Assembly (NCBI GenBank): GCA_963782055.1
Contig: CAWAIF010000003.1
Coordinates: 5,824,001-5,888,000 of the forward strand
Source of the DNA: an uncultured delta proteobacterium
GTDB lineage: Bacteria > Myxococcota_A > Polyangia > Polyangiales > Polyangiaceae
Direction: 5' to 3'
DNA length: 64,000 nt
Shown: piece after piece, positions 30,868-43,635 of the stretch
How the letters are laid out: each line of letters opens with the position of its first letter
How positions within the stretch are numbered: position 1 is the first letter of the stretch
Position numbers and translations under genes: made by a program
Notes under the pieces: model-generated
Seen by the model: only the letters and a program-made list of their open reading frames with translations
Told to the model about the DNA's origin: nothing
The model's database searches: none

Positions 30868-33192
30868 GTGAAGGCCCCCGAGACCGAGCCCACGCCGCCG
30901 CCCTCCTCCGGGTGGGGCACGCGCGGCGTCCCGCAGCCGTGGTCGGTGGGCGAGGCGGTGGGCCACGGCTGGATCAGCTTCGCGCACGCGGCGATACCCC
31001 TCGGCCTCGCCTACCTCCTCTCCATCCTCGCCAACAGCGTGGTGGGCGCGGGCACGGGCCGCGCCGTCGAGTGGCTCATGCGCTCGGCGCACGTCTCCTT
31101 GGCCACGATGCCGCCGCACCTGCGCGTCGGGGTGGTGGTGGGCGCGTCCGCGCTGGCGGGCATCGTGCTCGGCGCCTTCTTCTGGGGCGGCCAGGTGCGC
31201 ATGTGGCTCGCCGCCGCGCGCGGGGACAAGCCCACGCTCAGCGTCGCCTTCTCCGGTGCGCGGACGATCGGCCGCCTGACCGCCGTCTCGCTGGTGCTGC
31301 TGCTGCTCGGGGTGGTCACCATCCCCTTGCTCTGCGTCCCCTTCTGGGGCTTCGTGCTCGCGCCATACCTCGTCATCGACGAGGACATGAGCGCGCTCGC
31401 CGCCCTTCGCGCGAGCTGGCGGCTCACCCGCGGCCACAAGGGCTCGCTCTGGATGCTCGGGCTCTGCACCCTCCCCATCCTGAGCCTCGGCGTCGCCGCG
31501 GGCGGCATCGGCGTGTGCGCCGCCATCCCGGTGACGCAGCTCGGCTTCGCGTACGTCTACCTGCGCCTCTCGGCGCGCAGCGCGCTCCCGCCGTACACGC
31601 CGCAGTTCGCCGCGCGCAGCCTGCGCGCGCTGCTGCGCACCACCCTCGCCGTCTTCGCCGCCGCCTTCGCCGCGGCGGTCTTCGTGGTCTCGCGCCTGCC
31701 TCCGGTGCACGGCTCGGCCTGGACCATGACCGACGCCATCTCGCGCCTCTGCGCGATGCTCTTCGGCGTCGCCACCACCATCCTGCTCCTCGCGACGCTC
31801 CTCCCCTGGCTGCTGGACAGGCTGGAGGGCCGCACCTTCGCCCTCTTCGTGGGCGCGCGCCACGTGCGCTCGCAGAAGAGCGGCTTCCTCACCGTCATCA
31901 GCGTGCTCTCCATCTGCGGCGTCGCCATCAGCTCCTGCGCGCTCTCCAGCGTCGTCAGCGTCATGGGCGGCTTCAGCCACGACCTGAAGCGCAAGATCCT
32001 CGGCAACAACGCGCACATCGTCATCGACACCGTCTCGCAGAAGCCGTGGAACGACTACGGCCCGGTGCTCGACAACGTGCGCGCGGTCCCCGGCGTGCAG
32101 GGCGCCACCCCGGTGGTCAACGGGGAGGTGATGATCTCCAGCGCGTCCAACATCGCCGGCGTGATCGTCCGCGGCATCGACCCGAAGACGATCGGCAACG
32201 TGATCGACCTGGAGAGCAACATCGAGGTCGGCAAGTTCCACTACCTGGAGGACCCTGACCTCTTGCGTCACCTGCCCCCCGACGAGGTGATCGGCATAGG
32301 CTCCCACGGAGACGAGTACCGCAAGGGGTCGGATCTCACGCTCTTACCCGACGACCTGGACCCCTCCGTGCGCGCGGCGATCGACACCGCGCCTCCCCTG
32401 CGGCCGGGGATCATCATCGGCCGCGAGCTCTCGCACACGCTCCACGTCTACGTCGGCGACGAGGTCACCCTCGTCTCCCCGATGGGCGACCTGGGGCCGA
32501 TGGGCGTGATGCCGCGCACCAAGAAGTTCCGCGTGGCCGCCATCTTCTACAGCGGGATGTACGAGTACGACGCCACCCACGTCTACACGCTGATCGACGT
32601 CGCGCAGCAGTACTTCTCGATGGACCACAAGATCTCCGCCATCGACGTGAAGGTGAAGGACGCCGAGAACGCCGACCAGCTCACCCCCCTGGTCACCGCG
32701 GCGGCCAACCGGCCGGATCTCCGCGTGCGCGACTGGCGAGAGATGAACAGGAACCTCTTCTCCGCTCTGAAGCTGGAGCGGCTCGCCACCTTCATCATCC
32801 TCTCGCTGGCCATCATCGTCGCGAGCTTCTGCATCATATGTACGCTGCTCTTGATGGTGACCGAGAAGGGCAAGGAGATCGCCGTGCTCAAGGCGCTCGG
32901 GGCGAGCGACGGGGACATCCTGCGCACCTTCATGATCGAGGGGATCATCATAGGCGGCATAGGCACCGCCTTCGGCGTGGCGACGGGGCTGGCGCAGTGC
33001 GCGGGGCTCGCCTGGTTCGGCCTGCGGCTGGACCCGGAGGTCTATTACATCGACAGGCTCCCGGTGCACGTGAGCGGGTGGGACTTCCTCTCCGTCGCGG
33101 TGGCGGCGATGATCATCTGCACGCTGGCGACAATCTACCCCGCGTACGCGGCGTCGAAGCTCCGCCCTGTCGAGGGGCTCCGGTACGAGTAG
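30868..33192 (+). CDS. lolE: LolC/E-type lipoprotein-releasing ABC permease with an extra N-terminal membrane domain
   Basis: SGFLTVISVLS..GV, SVMGGF, FYSGMYEYD, DW.EMN.NLF.AL, EIAVLKALGA, YYIDRLP, PVEGLRYE. Confidence 0.88.
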   Translation: MKAPETEPTPPPSSGWGTRGVPQPWSVGEAVGHGWISFAHAAIPLGLAYLLSILANSVVGAGTGRAVEWLMRSAHVSLATMPPHLRVGVVVGASALAGIVLGAFFWGGQVRMWLAAARGDKPTLSVAFSGARTIGRLTAVSLVLLLLGVVTIPLLCVPFWGFVLAPYLVIDEDMSALAALRASWRLTRGHKGSLWMLGLCTLPILSLGVAAGGIGVCAAIPVTQLGFAYVYLRLSARSALPPYTPQFAARSLRALLRTTLAVFAAAFAAAVFVVSRLPPVHGSAWTMTDAISRLCAMLFGVATTILLLATLLPWLLDRLEGRTFALFVGARHVRSQKSGFLTVISVLSICGVAISSCALSSVVSVMGGFSHDLKRKILGNNAHIVIDTVSQKPWNDYGPVLDNVRAVPGVQGATPVVNGEVMISSASNIAGVIVRGIDPKTIGNVIDLESNIEVGKFHYLEDPDLLRHLPPDEVIGIGSHGDEYRKGSDLTLLPDDLDPSVRAAIDTAPPLRPGIIIGRELSHTLHVYVGDEVTLVSPMGDLGPMGVMPRTKKFRVAAIFYSGMYEYDATHVYTLIDVAQQYFSMDHKISAIDVKVKDAENADQLTPLVTAAANRPDLRVRDWREMNRNLFSALKLERLATFIILSLAIIVASFCIICTLLLMVTEKGKEIAVLKALGASDGDILRTFMIEGIIIGGIGTAFGVATGLAQCAGLAWFGLRLDPEVYYIDRLPVHVSGWDFLSVAVAAMIICTLATIYPAYAASKLRPVEGLRYE

Positions 33193-33223
33193 CGAACGCC
33201 GGCCGGGCGCGACGACGGCGCGC

Positions 33224-34552
<1,329 letters not shown>

Positions 34553-34633
34553 CGCGAGAAGATCGTGGTCACTCCGAGCGGCCCGCGCAACGCCTCGCCG
34601 CGCTCGAGCCGGCGCCGTACGGATGGGCTGAAG

Positions 34634-34682
34634 TGTTCAAACCTCGAACAATCCGCCTCCAGCGCTGAGCAGAAGTCGAACA
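34634..34682. promoter_or_regulatory. Tandem palindromic enhancer-like sites
   Basis: TGTTC-aaacctc-GAACA (34634-34650) and TGAGC-agaagtc-GAACA (34666-34682), 32 bp apart. Confidence 0.6.
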
Positions 34683-34723
34683 GATCGATGCCGTAAATCC
34701 TCGCAATCTGGTGCGCGCGGCGC

Positions 34724-34740
34724 CGGATCGCTTCCTGCTT
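34724..34740 (+). promoter_or_regulatory. Candidate sigma54 promoter of the DUF1592 operon
   Basis: CGGATCGCTTCCTGCTT, GG-N10-GC; -24 half weak. Confidence 0.45.
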
Positions 34741-34753
34741 GGACCCCCCCCAC

Positions 34754-36385
34754 ATGCGAAGCGCTACCGTTTGGGGGTTGGCGATGGCGCTCGCCGTGTC
34801 GGCTTGCTACATGGGCACCGGCTCGTCGAGCGACAGCAACGCCGCGAACGACCCCAACGACCCCTCCTCATCGGCGGCGACCAACCCCGGCCTGTCTCCC
34901 CTCCGTCGCCTCACCAACGACGAGTACGACCGCACCGTCGCCGACCTGCTCGGTGACACCACGGCGCCGGCGCAGAACTTCCCCGGCCCCACGACGACCA
35001 CCGCCGGCTACGACACCTACGCGAGCGGCCTCGGCGTGAGCTCCACGCACGCGGAGGACTACCTCGACGCCGCCGAGGCGCTCGCCACGCAGGCCGTCAA
35101 GGACCTGCCCGGGCTGCTCGGCTGCGACCCCGCGTCGAAGGGCGAGCAGACGTGCACGCAGAGCTTCGTCACCAGCTTCGGCGAGCGCGCGTTCCGGCGC
35201 CCGCTGACGGACGCCGAGGTCACGCGCTTCGTGGGGCTCGAGGCGACCGAGCGCGCGAACCACTCGTACGCCGACTCCATCCGCCTGGTGCTCGAGGCGT
35301 TCCTGATGTCGCCGGCGTTCCTGTACCGCGTCGAGATCGGCCAGCCGGGCGCCCCCGGTTCGCTGGTCAAGCTCACCTCGTGGGAGATGGCGTCGCGCCT
35401 GTCGTACCTCCTCATCGGGTCCATGCCCGACGCGGAGCTCTTCCGCGCCGCGGCCGCCGACGAGCTCACCGACCCGGCGAACATCCAGGCGCAGGCGCGC
35501 CGGCTCCTCGCCGACCCGCGCGCCCAGGACGCGTTCGATCGCTTCGTCGACCAGTGGCTGGAGCTGCGCAACATCCAGAGCATGCAGAAGGAGGCCTCGG
35601 CCTTCCCGGGCTACGACCCGAGCCTCGCCCCGCTGATGAAGCAGGAGGCCAACCTCCTCGTCGACAGCGTGGTCTGGAGCGGCGACGGTGACGCGCGGAA
35701 GCTCTTCTCCACCGACTACACCTTCGTCAACGGGCCCCTCGCAGCCTACTACGGGATCCCCGGGGTCACCGGCGATGCGTTCACCCAGGTGGCGCTCGAC
35801 CCCACCGAGCGCAAGGGCGTGCTCACGCTGCCCGGCGTGATGGCCGCCCACGCGAAGACGACGCAGACGCTCCCGGCTCGTCGCGGCAAGTTCATCCTGC
35901 TGAAGATCTTCTGCCTCGCCGTCGGAGATCCGCCTCCGAACGCGACCGCCGTCGCGCCGCACCGCGATCCGTCGATGACCGCCCGCCAGTACTTCACCCT
36001 GGTGGAGCAACAGAGCGCCTGCGGCGGCTGTCACAAGGTGCTCGACGGCATCGGCTTCGGCCTGGAGAACTACGACGCGGTCGGCAAGTGGCGCACCAGC
36101 GACGAGGGCAGCCCGATCGACCCGACGGGGCAGGTCATGGGCACCGACGTGGACGGCAACTACACCGGCGGGGTGGGCCTGACCGACCTGGTCGCGAAGA
36201 GCCCGCAGGTCATGAGCTGCATGGCCAGGCAGTTCTTCCGGTTCGCCACGGGCCGCCCGGAGACCGACGCCGACACCCACTCGCTCGCCGAGCTCGGCGC
36301 CGCGTTCACCGCGCACGGCTTCGACGCGCGCGAGCTCATCATCGCCTCCACGCAGACCGACGCCTTTCTCTACAGGACCAAATGA
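34754..36385 (+). CDS. DUF1592/DUF1588/DUF1587/DUF1595/DUF1585 lipoprotein
   Basis: VSAC lipobox; LRRLTNDEY, RAFRRPL, SPAFLYRVE, ASRLSY, CGGCH..DGIGFGLENYD..GKWR. Confidence 0.9.
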   Translation: MRSATVWGLAMALAVSACYMGTGSSSDSNAANDPNDPSSSAATNPGLSPLRRLTNDEYDRTVADLLGDTTAPAQNFPGPTTTTAGYDTYASGLGVSSTHAEDYLDAAEALATQAVKDLPGLLGCDPASKGEQTCTQSFVTSFGERAFRRPLTDAEVTRFVGLEATERANHSYADSIRLVLEAFLMSPAFLYRVEIGQPGAPGSLVKLTSWEMASRLSYLLIGSMPDAELFRAAAADELTDPANIQAQARRLLADPRAQDAFDRFVDQWLELRNIQSMQKEASAFPGYDPSLAPLMKQEANLLVDSVVWSGDGDARKLFSTDYTFVNGPLAAYYGIPGVTGDAFTQVALDPTERKGVLTLPGVMAAHAKTTQTLPARRGKFILLKIFCLAVGDPPPNATAVAPHRDPSMTARQYFTLVEQQSACGGCHKVLDGIGFGLENYDAVGKWRTSDEGSPIDPTGQVMGTDVDGNYTGGVGLTDLVAKSPQVMSCMARQFFRFATGRPETDADTHSLAELGAAFTAHGFDARELIIASTQTDAFLYRTK

Positions 36386-37743
36386 GACGAAAAACGATGG
36401 ATCGACGCGCCTTCTTGCGGGGCGCGGGGGGACTTCTCGTTGCGCTCCCCATGCTCGAGTCGCTCGGCTGCGGCACCTCCTCCTCGCCGAGCGAACAGGT
36501 CGGCTCTCAGGGCCAGCGCCTGGACGTGGACAAGCGGCTGGTCATGTTCTTCACGCCGTACGGCACCGCGCCGGACACCTTCTTCCCCTCCGGCGGCACC
36601 GAGACCAACTTCAACCTGACGCCGCAGCTCGCGCCGCTGGCCGCCCACCAGAAGGACCTGCTCATCCTGGAGGACATCGATCTGGTGCCCTTCGTCAAGC
36701 AGAACATCCAGTTCGTCGGCCACGGCGCGCCCTACTACTACGTCATCGGTGGGTGGCCGATCTTCCAGGGCGACACCACGCCTGGCCCCGGCGGGATCTC
36801 CCTCGACCAGAAGATCGCGCAGGCCATCGGCCAGAGCTCGCGCCTGCAGTCGCTCCCGCTCGACATCGGCAACAGCAGCCAGGGCTTCTACGGCACCCTC
36901 TCCTTCACCGGCGCGAACCAGCCGCTCCCGGCGATGCGCGACCCGGTGGCCGCGTTCAACAAGGTGTTCGCCGGGTTCAACGTGGACCCGTCCGTCCTGC
37001 AGGCCATCCACGCCGAGCGCAAGAGCGTGCTCGACTTCGTGATGGACGACTACGGCACGCTGAGCACCTCGGTGAGCGGCGCGGACAAGCAGCTCGTCGA
37101 CTACCACATGCAGTCGATCCGCGACCTGGAGACCCGCCTGGACAACCTCGCCGGCGCGCAGGCGGTGTGCACCGTCCCCACGCTGAAGAATCCCCCGCGG
37201 GACCTCGGCACGTGGGAGCAGGGCTGCGGCCCCGACTTCTACGCCATCGCCGAGTTTCACATGGAGCTCGTCGCGCTGGCGCTGGCCTGCGACATCACGC
37301 GCGTCGCCACGCTCTCCTGGCAGTCGGAGATGACCTTCGACAGCTCGCTCGTCGGCATCGAGCCCAACATGGCGGCGCTGCAGATCGACTCGCACCTCGC
37401 CTCGCACAACGACTGGACGAAGTTCGGCACCATCGTGACGTGGTACGCCGCGCGCTACGCCGAGCTGATCCAGAAGCTCAAGGACCGCAACGTCTTCGAC
37501 AAGTCCCTCCTGGTGTGGTTCTCGGAGAACGGCGCGGTCCGCGGCAGCCACTCGCCCTACGGCATGCCGTACGTGCTCGCGGGCAGCGCGGGCGGCGCCT
37601 TCAAGACCGGACGCCACCTCAAGTGCGGCCACCGGCCGCCGAACGACGTCAACGTCTCCATCCAAAACGCCTTCGGCATCACCGACAAAGTCTTCGGCGA
37701 CCCGAGCGCGTGCACCGGCCCCATCACCGCGCTCAACGCCTAG
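36382..37743 (+). CDS. DUF1552 protein with Tat signal
   Basis: ATGA coupling; DRRAFLRG; ISLDQ.IA, RKSVLD, SIRDLE.R, ALACDITRV. Confidence 0.9.
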   Translation: MRRKTMDRRAFLRGAGGLLVALPMLESLGCGTSSSPSEQVGSQGQRLDVDKRLVMFFTPYGTAPDTFFPSGGTETNFNLTPQLAPLAAHQKDLLILEDIDLVPFVKQNIQFVGHGAPYYYVIGGWPIFQGDTTPGPGGISLDQKIAQAIGQSSRLQSLPLDIGNSSQGFYGTLSFTGANQPLPAMRDPVAAFNKVFAGFNVDPSVLQAIHAERKSVLDFVMDDYGTLSTSVSGADKQLVDYHMQSIRDLETRLDNLAGAQAVCTVPTLKNPPRDLGTWEQGCGPDFYAIAEFHMELVALALACDITRVATLSWQSEMTFDSSLVGIEPNMAALQIDSHLASHNDWTKFGTIVTWYAARYAELIQKLKDRNVFDKSLLVWFSENGAVRGSHSPYGMPYVLAGSAGGAFKTGRHLKCGHRPPNDVNVSIQNAFGITDKVFGDPSACTGPITALNA

Positions 37744-37748
37744 GGAAC

Positions 37749-38624
37749 ATGAAACAAAGCATCGCCTCCGCCCTCGCCATCCCTCTCGTCCTCGTCGCCT
37801 GCAGCGGCGGCCCCGACGCCGGCATGCCCCCGGGCCCCGCCCCCGGCGGCGATCCGGGCGGCCCGGCCGCCGACGCCGGCACCTCCACCTCCCCGGACGC
37901 GTCGGCGCCGGACGCATCGCCTGCCGGCGACGCCGGCGTGGACGCGGCCCCGTCCGACGCCGGCAGCGACTCCGGCGGCGGCATCCACCTCGCCGGGACG
38001 CCCACGATCATGGAGTTCGGCGACTCCATCACGGCCGCCACCTGCTGGCGCGCGCGGTTCTGGGAGGACCTGGAGAAGGGCGGGCACAAGAACTTCCAGG
38101 TCGTGGGCTCGCAGGACACCAGCGGTGACTGCAGCGACCCGAAGTACGACGGCCACAACGAAGGCCACTCCGGCTACCTCGTCACCGACCTGGCCAACGA
38201 GGGCCCCGGCGGCGAGATGGACCAGTGGTTCTCCGCCAGCCCGCCGGACGTCCTGCTCATGCACATGGGGACGAACGACGTGTGGAACAAGATCCCGACG
38301 ACCACGATCCTGGACGCCTACGGCACCGCGATCGACACCGTGCGCAAGTACTCGCCGAAGGTCGTCATCCTGCTCGCCCAGATCATCCCGATGAACCCGT
38401 CGAACTGCTCGGTCTGCGCCGCCGGCGTCCAGAAGCTGGACGCGGCGATCCCGGCCTGGGCCGCGGCCAAGAGCACGAAGAGCTCGCCCATCGTGCTGGT
38501 CGACCAGTTCACCGGCTTCAACGACGCCAAGGACACCATCGACGGCGTGCACCCCAACGACGCCACCGGCTCGCAGAAGGTGGCCGACAGGTGGTACGCG
38601 ACGCTGGCGCCCATGCTGCCGTGA
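37749..38624 (+). CDS. SGNH/GDSL hydrolase lipoprotein
   Basis: LVAC lipobox; GDSIT, EGHSG, GTND, DGVHPN. Confidence 0.9.
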   Translation: MKQSIASALAIPLVLVACSGGPDAGMPPGPAPGGDPGGPAADAGTSTSPDASAPDASPAGDAGVDAAPSDAGSDSGGGIHLAGTPTIMEFGDSITAATCWRARFWEDLEKGGHKNFQVVGSQDTSGDCSDPKYDGHNEGHSGYLVTDLANEGPGGEMDQWFSASPPDVLLMHMGTNDVWNKIPTTTILDAYGTAIDTVRKYSPKVVILLAQIIPMNPSNCSVCAAGVQKLDAAIPAWAAAKSTKSSPIVLVDQFTGFNDAKDTIDGVHPNDATGSQKVADRWYATLAPMLP

Positions 38625-38640
38625 CCGCGGGGCTAGCCTC

Positions 38641-40341
38641 TCACTTCGGCGGGGGCGGCGGGGGGATGTCCACCACGCGCAGGTCCAGGCCGCCCGGGTA
38701 CATGTAGCTGGTGCGCGACCCGTACCCGTAGACCACCACGCCGAAGGGGTACTTGCCGTGGATCTCGTGCCCCTCGTTCTGCCCGGTGAGCTGCACGTGC
38801 GCGGTGGAGAAGGGCTGCCCGCCGACGCCGGTGAAGCTCCCCTGCGGGATGTCGGTGCCGTCCAGGGTGATGGTGTTGCCGTTGGGCGTGATGACGTCCA
38901 CCCAGTTCTCCGAGTACGTCTTGGGCGCGAGGAAGGTGTAGGTCGAGCGGTACTGCTGCAGCGGGATGGCGGGGGACTCGCTCGGGTCGCCCAGGTCGGG
39001 GTTGGGGTCGCCGGCGTCGGCCGGCCAGTTGGCGTACTCGCCCTGCAGGTACTCGACCACGTTGACGCGCCCGTTCGCCACGATGGCGAAGCTCTGGTCG
39101 ACGTCCGGGAGCTCCAGGACATCGCCGGTGTTGAGCACGCCGCCGTTGCGCCCGGAGACCGGCGGGTCGAAGGCGACGAGGGTGTTGTCGTACAGGCCCA
39201 TGATGCGGACCCACACGTGCTCGCCGTGCGGCGTCTTCGGCAAGGAGACGATGAACTGCGTGCCCAGCGTCTGCACGGGGAACATGGAGGACTCCACGTG
39301 GTCGCACGCGCGCTTCGACTCCGGGATGAAGGTGCACCCGTGGCCGCCGTAGGTCATGACCGGCTTGTCCGCGCGGATGATCGACCCGGAGAGGTCGGAG
39401 GCGTACTTGGCCTGGTGCACGTCCCCCAGCTCGGAGAACATCTCCAGCACGTCGCCCTTGTCGAGCGTGTAGGTGTAGTTGTCCCCGCGGATCATCACCG
39501 GCGGCCCCGCGTCCGGCACGCCCTGCACCTGCGAGGCCGGGTACACCGTCACCTTGGTGGCGTCCTCCGTCGCGGTGACCGTCATGAACCCCGGCGTGCT
39601 GCCGAAGGACGGCCACGCCATGACGCCGTAGTCGCCGGTCACCACCGTGGCCGGCAAGAGGAGCGAGGCGTCGTTGGAGTAGGAGTAGCAGTGCGGGCCG
39701 GCCCCGCTGTCGCCGTAGCCGGGGCACCCCGCGCCCGCGTCGATCTCGTACTCCAGCGCGGAGAACTGGTAGACGCTGACGGGCAGGTCGGTCGTCAGGT
39801 GGTAGGCCGCCTTGGGCACGATGCGGCTCGGCCCCGGGTCGACGACGGCGGTGTTCTGGTCGAAGTCGGGGCCCTTGAGCGCGGTGACCCACGGCAAGGT
39901 GATGGCCTGCACCGCGCTGGGCTGCACCTGCACCGTCAGCGGCTGCGCGAGCGCCCCGCCGGTGACGGTGACGGTGACCACCTTCGTCTGCGGGTTGGAC
40001 ACCGCGACGGCGTAGTCGAACTTCTGCCACACCGGGTTGAGGGTGACCGTCGGCCAGTAGTCGCAGCCGATGTAGCTGTTGCGCTGCTTGGACTCGTCGC
40101 ACGTCTCGGGGATGGGCGAGACCGTCCCGACGTCGGTGCCGATGTTGACGTCGCCGAAGTTCTGGTTGGCGTCGTCCAGGTTGCCTGCGTCGACGGTGCC
40201 GTCGTTGCCGCCGCTGGCGTCCGGGACGACCTGGTTCTGGCCGTTGTCGTCGCCGCCGCAGGCGAGGAAGGTGGCGCCCGCCGCGCCGAAGGCGGCGACC
40301 ACGGCCGCCGCGAGGACCAGACGCTTGTGGAGCTTGATCAT
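38641..40341 (-). CDS. IgGFc-binding-protein domain lipoprotein
   Basis: FLAC lipobox; GCDYW, YSNDASLLLP, CDHVE.SMFP, GDPS, Y.YPGG. Confidence 0.82.
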   Translation of the reverse strand: MIKLHKRLVLAAAVVAAFGAAGATFLACGGDDNGQNQVVPDASGGNDGTVDAGNLDDANQNFGDVNIGTDVGTVSPIPETCDESKQRNSYIGCDYWPTVTLNPVWQKFDYAVAVSNPQTKVVTVTVTGGALAQPLTVQVQPSAVQAITLPWVTALKGPDFDQNTAVVDPGPSRIVPKAAYHLTTDLPVSVYQFSALEYEIDAGAGCPGYGDSGAGPHCYSYSNDASLLLPATVVTGDYGVMAWPSFGSTPGFMTVTATEDATKVTVYPASQVQGVPDAGPPVMIRGDNYTYTLDKGDVLEMFSELGDVHQAKYASDLSGSIIRADKPVMTYGGHGCTFIPESKRACDHVESSMFPVQTLGTQFIVSLPKTPHGEHVWVRIMGLYDNTLVAFDPPVSGRNGGVLNTGDVLELPDVDQSFAIVANGRVNVVEYLQGEYANWPADAGDPNPDLGDPSESPAIPLQQYRSTYTFLAPKTYSENWVDVITPNGNTITLDGTDIPQGSFTGVGGQPFSTAHVQLTGQNEGHEIHGKYPFGVVVYGYGSRTSYMYPGGLDLRVVDIPPPPPPK

Positions 40342-41690
40342 CGCGCCGTCACCGGGTTGTTGATGCTGGCCGAGCCCCAGCGGAAGTTGTCCAGGTTCAC
40401 CGCCGAATCGAGGATGCCGTCACCCTCGTCGAAGATGATGAAGCTGATGGTGAAGGTCTCCCCCGCCTGGATGGGCGCCGTCGTCTTCAGCCAGTCCGTC
40501 GCGCCGCTGCCCTTGTTCAGGTTGCCGACCGTCTGCGAGGTCTTGCCGTACTTGATCTCGTAGCCGGTGCCGTTCAGCGTGGAGAGCGGCTTGGTGCACG
40601 TGTGCGTGTAGCCGAGGTTGTCGCCGCCGGTCACGTCGTTGCAGTCCTGGAAGAAGCCGTTGTTGACGTTGATGCGCGCATTGTTCGGGTCGAACGCGAT
40701 CTCGTACGGCGTCTGGTACTTCTGCGAGGTCAGCATGGCGAGGAAGGTGTCGTTGAAGCCCTGGCACGCGTAGGCCGGGTACTCCATCGAGAAGAAGTTG
40801 AAGTCGAAGGCGAAGGAGCCGGCGTTGACCGGCGCCGTCACCGTCAGCCGCAGCTCGCTGTAGTCGTGGATGGCCACCGTCCCCTCGTCCGCGCCCTGAC
40901 CGCACGGGTTGATGTTCTTGTTGGCCGGGAGCGGGTCGGGGTGCGTGTAGGTGTTGAGCAGGTCGGTGCCGTCGCCGGGGCGGTAGTTCGGGCTGTCGAC
41001 GAGGTCGTCGGCGATGCCGGTGGCGAGGTACGCCATGAAGCTCCCGACGTGCGGGGTGAAGTTGTTGCCCATGTGCTTGGTGAGGCGGTGGGCGCTGGCG
41101 TTGTTCGGCCCGTACCAGGTGGCGCTCACCAGCGTGGTGCAGCGCGAGTCCTTCGGCTCGCAGATGTCCATCGCGCGGGCGTAATCGGTGGCGCTCGTCC
41201 CGTGGCCGGCGGTCAGGCTGCCGTCGCAGGTGCGGCGGTTGTCGATCTGCCCGTCGCAGTCGTTGTCGATGCCGTCGGTGCCGACCGGATCGCCGGAGGC
41301 GGCGTCGGTGTCGAAGGCGCAGGGGTTGACGAGCGCGTCGTGGTCGTTGCAGTCGCCGTCGCAGGTGGTGAACCCGTCGCCGTCGTCGTCGAAGCAGTAG
41401 CTGCCGTCGCCCTTGTCGAAGCCATCGAAGGACCACGAGCCGTCCGCCGAGCCGCTGCTGCCGTCGCCCGAGCTGCTGGCGCCGTCACCCGTCTGCCCGG
41501 AGTCGCCGCCCGACTGGCCGCTGTCTCCGCCGCCGTTGCCGGTGTCCGGGAGGACGCTGCCGTCCCCGCCGCCGCTGTCTCCGCCCGCGCCGGCGTCGAA
41601 GCCGCTGCCGCTGCTGTCATCGCCGCCGCATGCCATGGCCAGCGCGAGCGGCAGCCACGGGAGCACCAGGTACAAAGTCCGCTTGCGCAT
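40338..41690 (-). CDS. Lipoprotein with myxobacterial Cys/Asp metal-binding repeat and choice-of-anchor L-like domain
   Basis: AMAC lipobox; [43 protein letters not shown]. Confidence 0.78.
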   Translation of the reverse strand: MRKRTLYLVLPWLPLALAMACGGDDSSGSGFDAGAGGDSGGGDGSVLPDTGNGGGDSGQSGGDSGQTGDGASSSGDGSSGSADGSWSFDGFDKGDGSYCFDDDGDGFTTCDGDCNDHDALVNPCAFDTDAASGDPVGTDGIDNDCDGQIDNRRTCDGSLTAGHGTSATDYARAMDICEPKDSRCTTLVSATWYGPNNASAHRLTKHMGNNFTPHVGSFMAYLATGIADDLVDSPNYRPGDGTDLLNTYTHPDPLPANKNINPCGQGADEGTVAIHDYSELRLTVTAPVNAGSFAFDFNFFSMEYPAYACQGFNDTFLAMLTSQKYQTPYEIAFDPNNARINVNNGFFQDCNDVTGGDNLGYTHTCTKPLSTLNGTGYEIKYGKTSQTVGNLNKGSGATDWLKTTAPIQAGETFTISFIIFDEGDGILDSAVNLDNFRWGSASINNPVTAR

Positions 41691-41736
41691 GTCAGGACCC
41701 TCGGGCCGGGGCTCCAAGGGCACACCGGCGCTATCT

Positions 41737-41752
41737 AGCAATCTACCAGCCA
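41737..41752 (-). promoter_or_regulatory. Sigma54-type promoter for the two surface lipoprotein genes
   Basis: Minus strand TGGCTGGTAGATTGCT, TGGC-N7-TTGCT. Confidence 0.65.
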
Positions 41753-41869
41753 CCTCGAGCGCTAGGAACGGATTTTTGCACCCGCGCCAGTTTGGGGAGG
41801 CCGCCTGATGCGAGCCTCCTTGCGGCCATCCTTGCGAGAGGCGGCGATGCCGGCTACACCGCACGGCCC

Positions 41870-42664
<795 letters not shown>

Positions 42665-42714
42665 CCGGCGAGCTCAGGTGTGCCGGAGGGGCGGCCGGTT
42701 CGCCCGGCGACGCC

Positions 42715-43635
42715 CTACCACCTCACGACGACGCTCTGCGGCGTGACGTGCGCCTGGCACTGGTCCACCGTGACGACCACCGGGAGCGACTCGCTACCCG
42801 ACGCGTCCTTCGACTTCTCGTCCACCTGCGGGACAATCTGCTCGGCGCGCAGGGAGTGGGCGATGTCCGGCGGGCAGGAGAGGCGCACGTCCACGTCGGG
42901 CGGCTGCGTCTTCGCCTTGGGCTGGCCGAGCACCGCGATGGGCACCTTCTGGAAGGTACGCTCGGCGAGCTCGCGCATGACCTCGGTCGTGACCGAGACG
43001 CTGGAGGTGTCGAAGGCGATGTGGCCGGACGGCTTGTCCAGCGCGAGCTGCCGCGTGTAGGTGCCGCCGGTCAGGCCCATGACGTCGAAGGCGTCGGCGC
43101 GGGCGTGCTGCAGCAGGGAGACCTCCCCCTTCGGGCCGCGCACGCGCACCGTGGGCGGGTCGGCGACCGGGACGCCCTTGACGATGAACCCCGGCGCCGG
43201 GGTGCCGGCCAGGGTGACCTGCACCGGCAGGTCGCGCGTCACCATGTCGTCCCACACCAGGTCGATCGCCGGCGGGTCGATCTGCTCGACGTGGACGCCC
43301 GCGGGGACGTGCACCTGCGACTTGTCGAAGACCAGGCGCTTGTCCTGGCCGGTGTGGATGTCCACCTGCAGGTTGCCGATGTCGTCGGCGTGGAGGTCGT
43401 CGAGCACCTGACGCGACCCGCGCAGGGTCACCCGCACCTGCGGGGGGAGCTGCGTGACGAGCACGCGGTTGGACGTCTCCGGCGGCAGCAGCACCACCAG
43501 GTCGACCGAGATGGTGCGCTGCGCGTCCTGCGCGCCGTGCACGAGCGAGTAGAGCACCAGCGCGAACGCGAAGCTCAGGAGCTTCAGGTTCAGGTTCTCG
43601 GTGACGATCGACCAGACGCGCGCCAGGAAGCTCAA
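42715..43635 (-). CDS. cdaR: YbbR-domain regulator of diadenylate cyclase
   Basis: N..LKLLS...ALVL TM; P..VRVTLRG repeats; coupled to cdaA. Confidence 0.85.
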   Translation of the reverse strand: MSFLARVWSIVTENLNLKLLSFAFALVLYSLVHGAQDAQRTISVDLVVLLPPETSNRVLVTQLPPQVRVTLRGSRQVLDDLHADDIGNLQVDIHTGQDKRLVFDKSQVHVPAGVHVEQIDPPAIDLVWDDMVTRDLPVQVTLAGTPAPGFIVKGVPVADPPTVRVRGPKGEVSLLQHARADAFDVMGLTGGTYTRQLALDKPSGHIAFDTSSVSVTTEVMRELAERTFQKVPIAVLGQPKAKTQPPDVDVRLSCPPDIAHSLRAEQIVPQVDEKSKDASGSESLPVVVTVDQCQAHVTPQSVVVRW

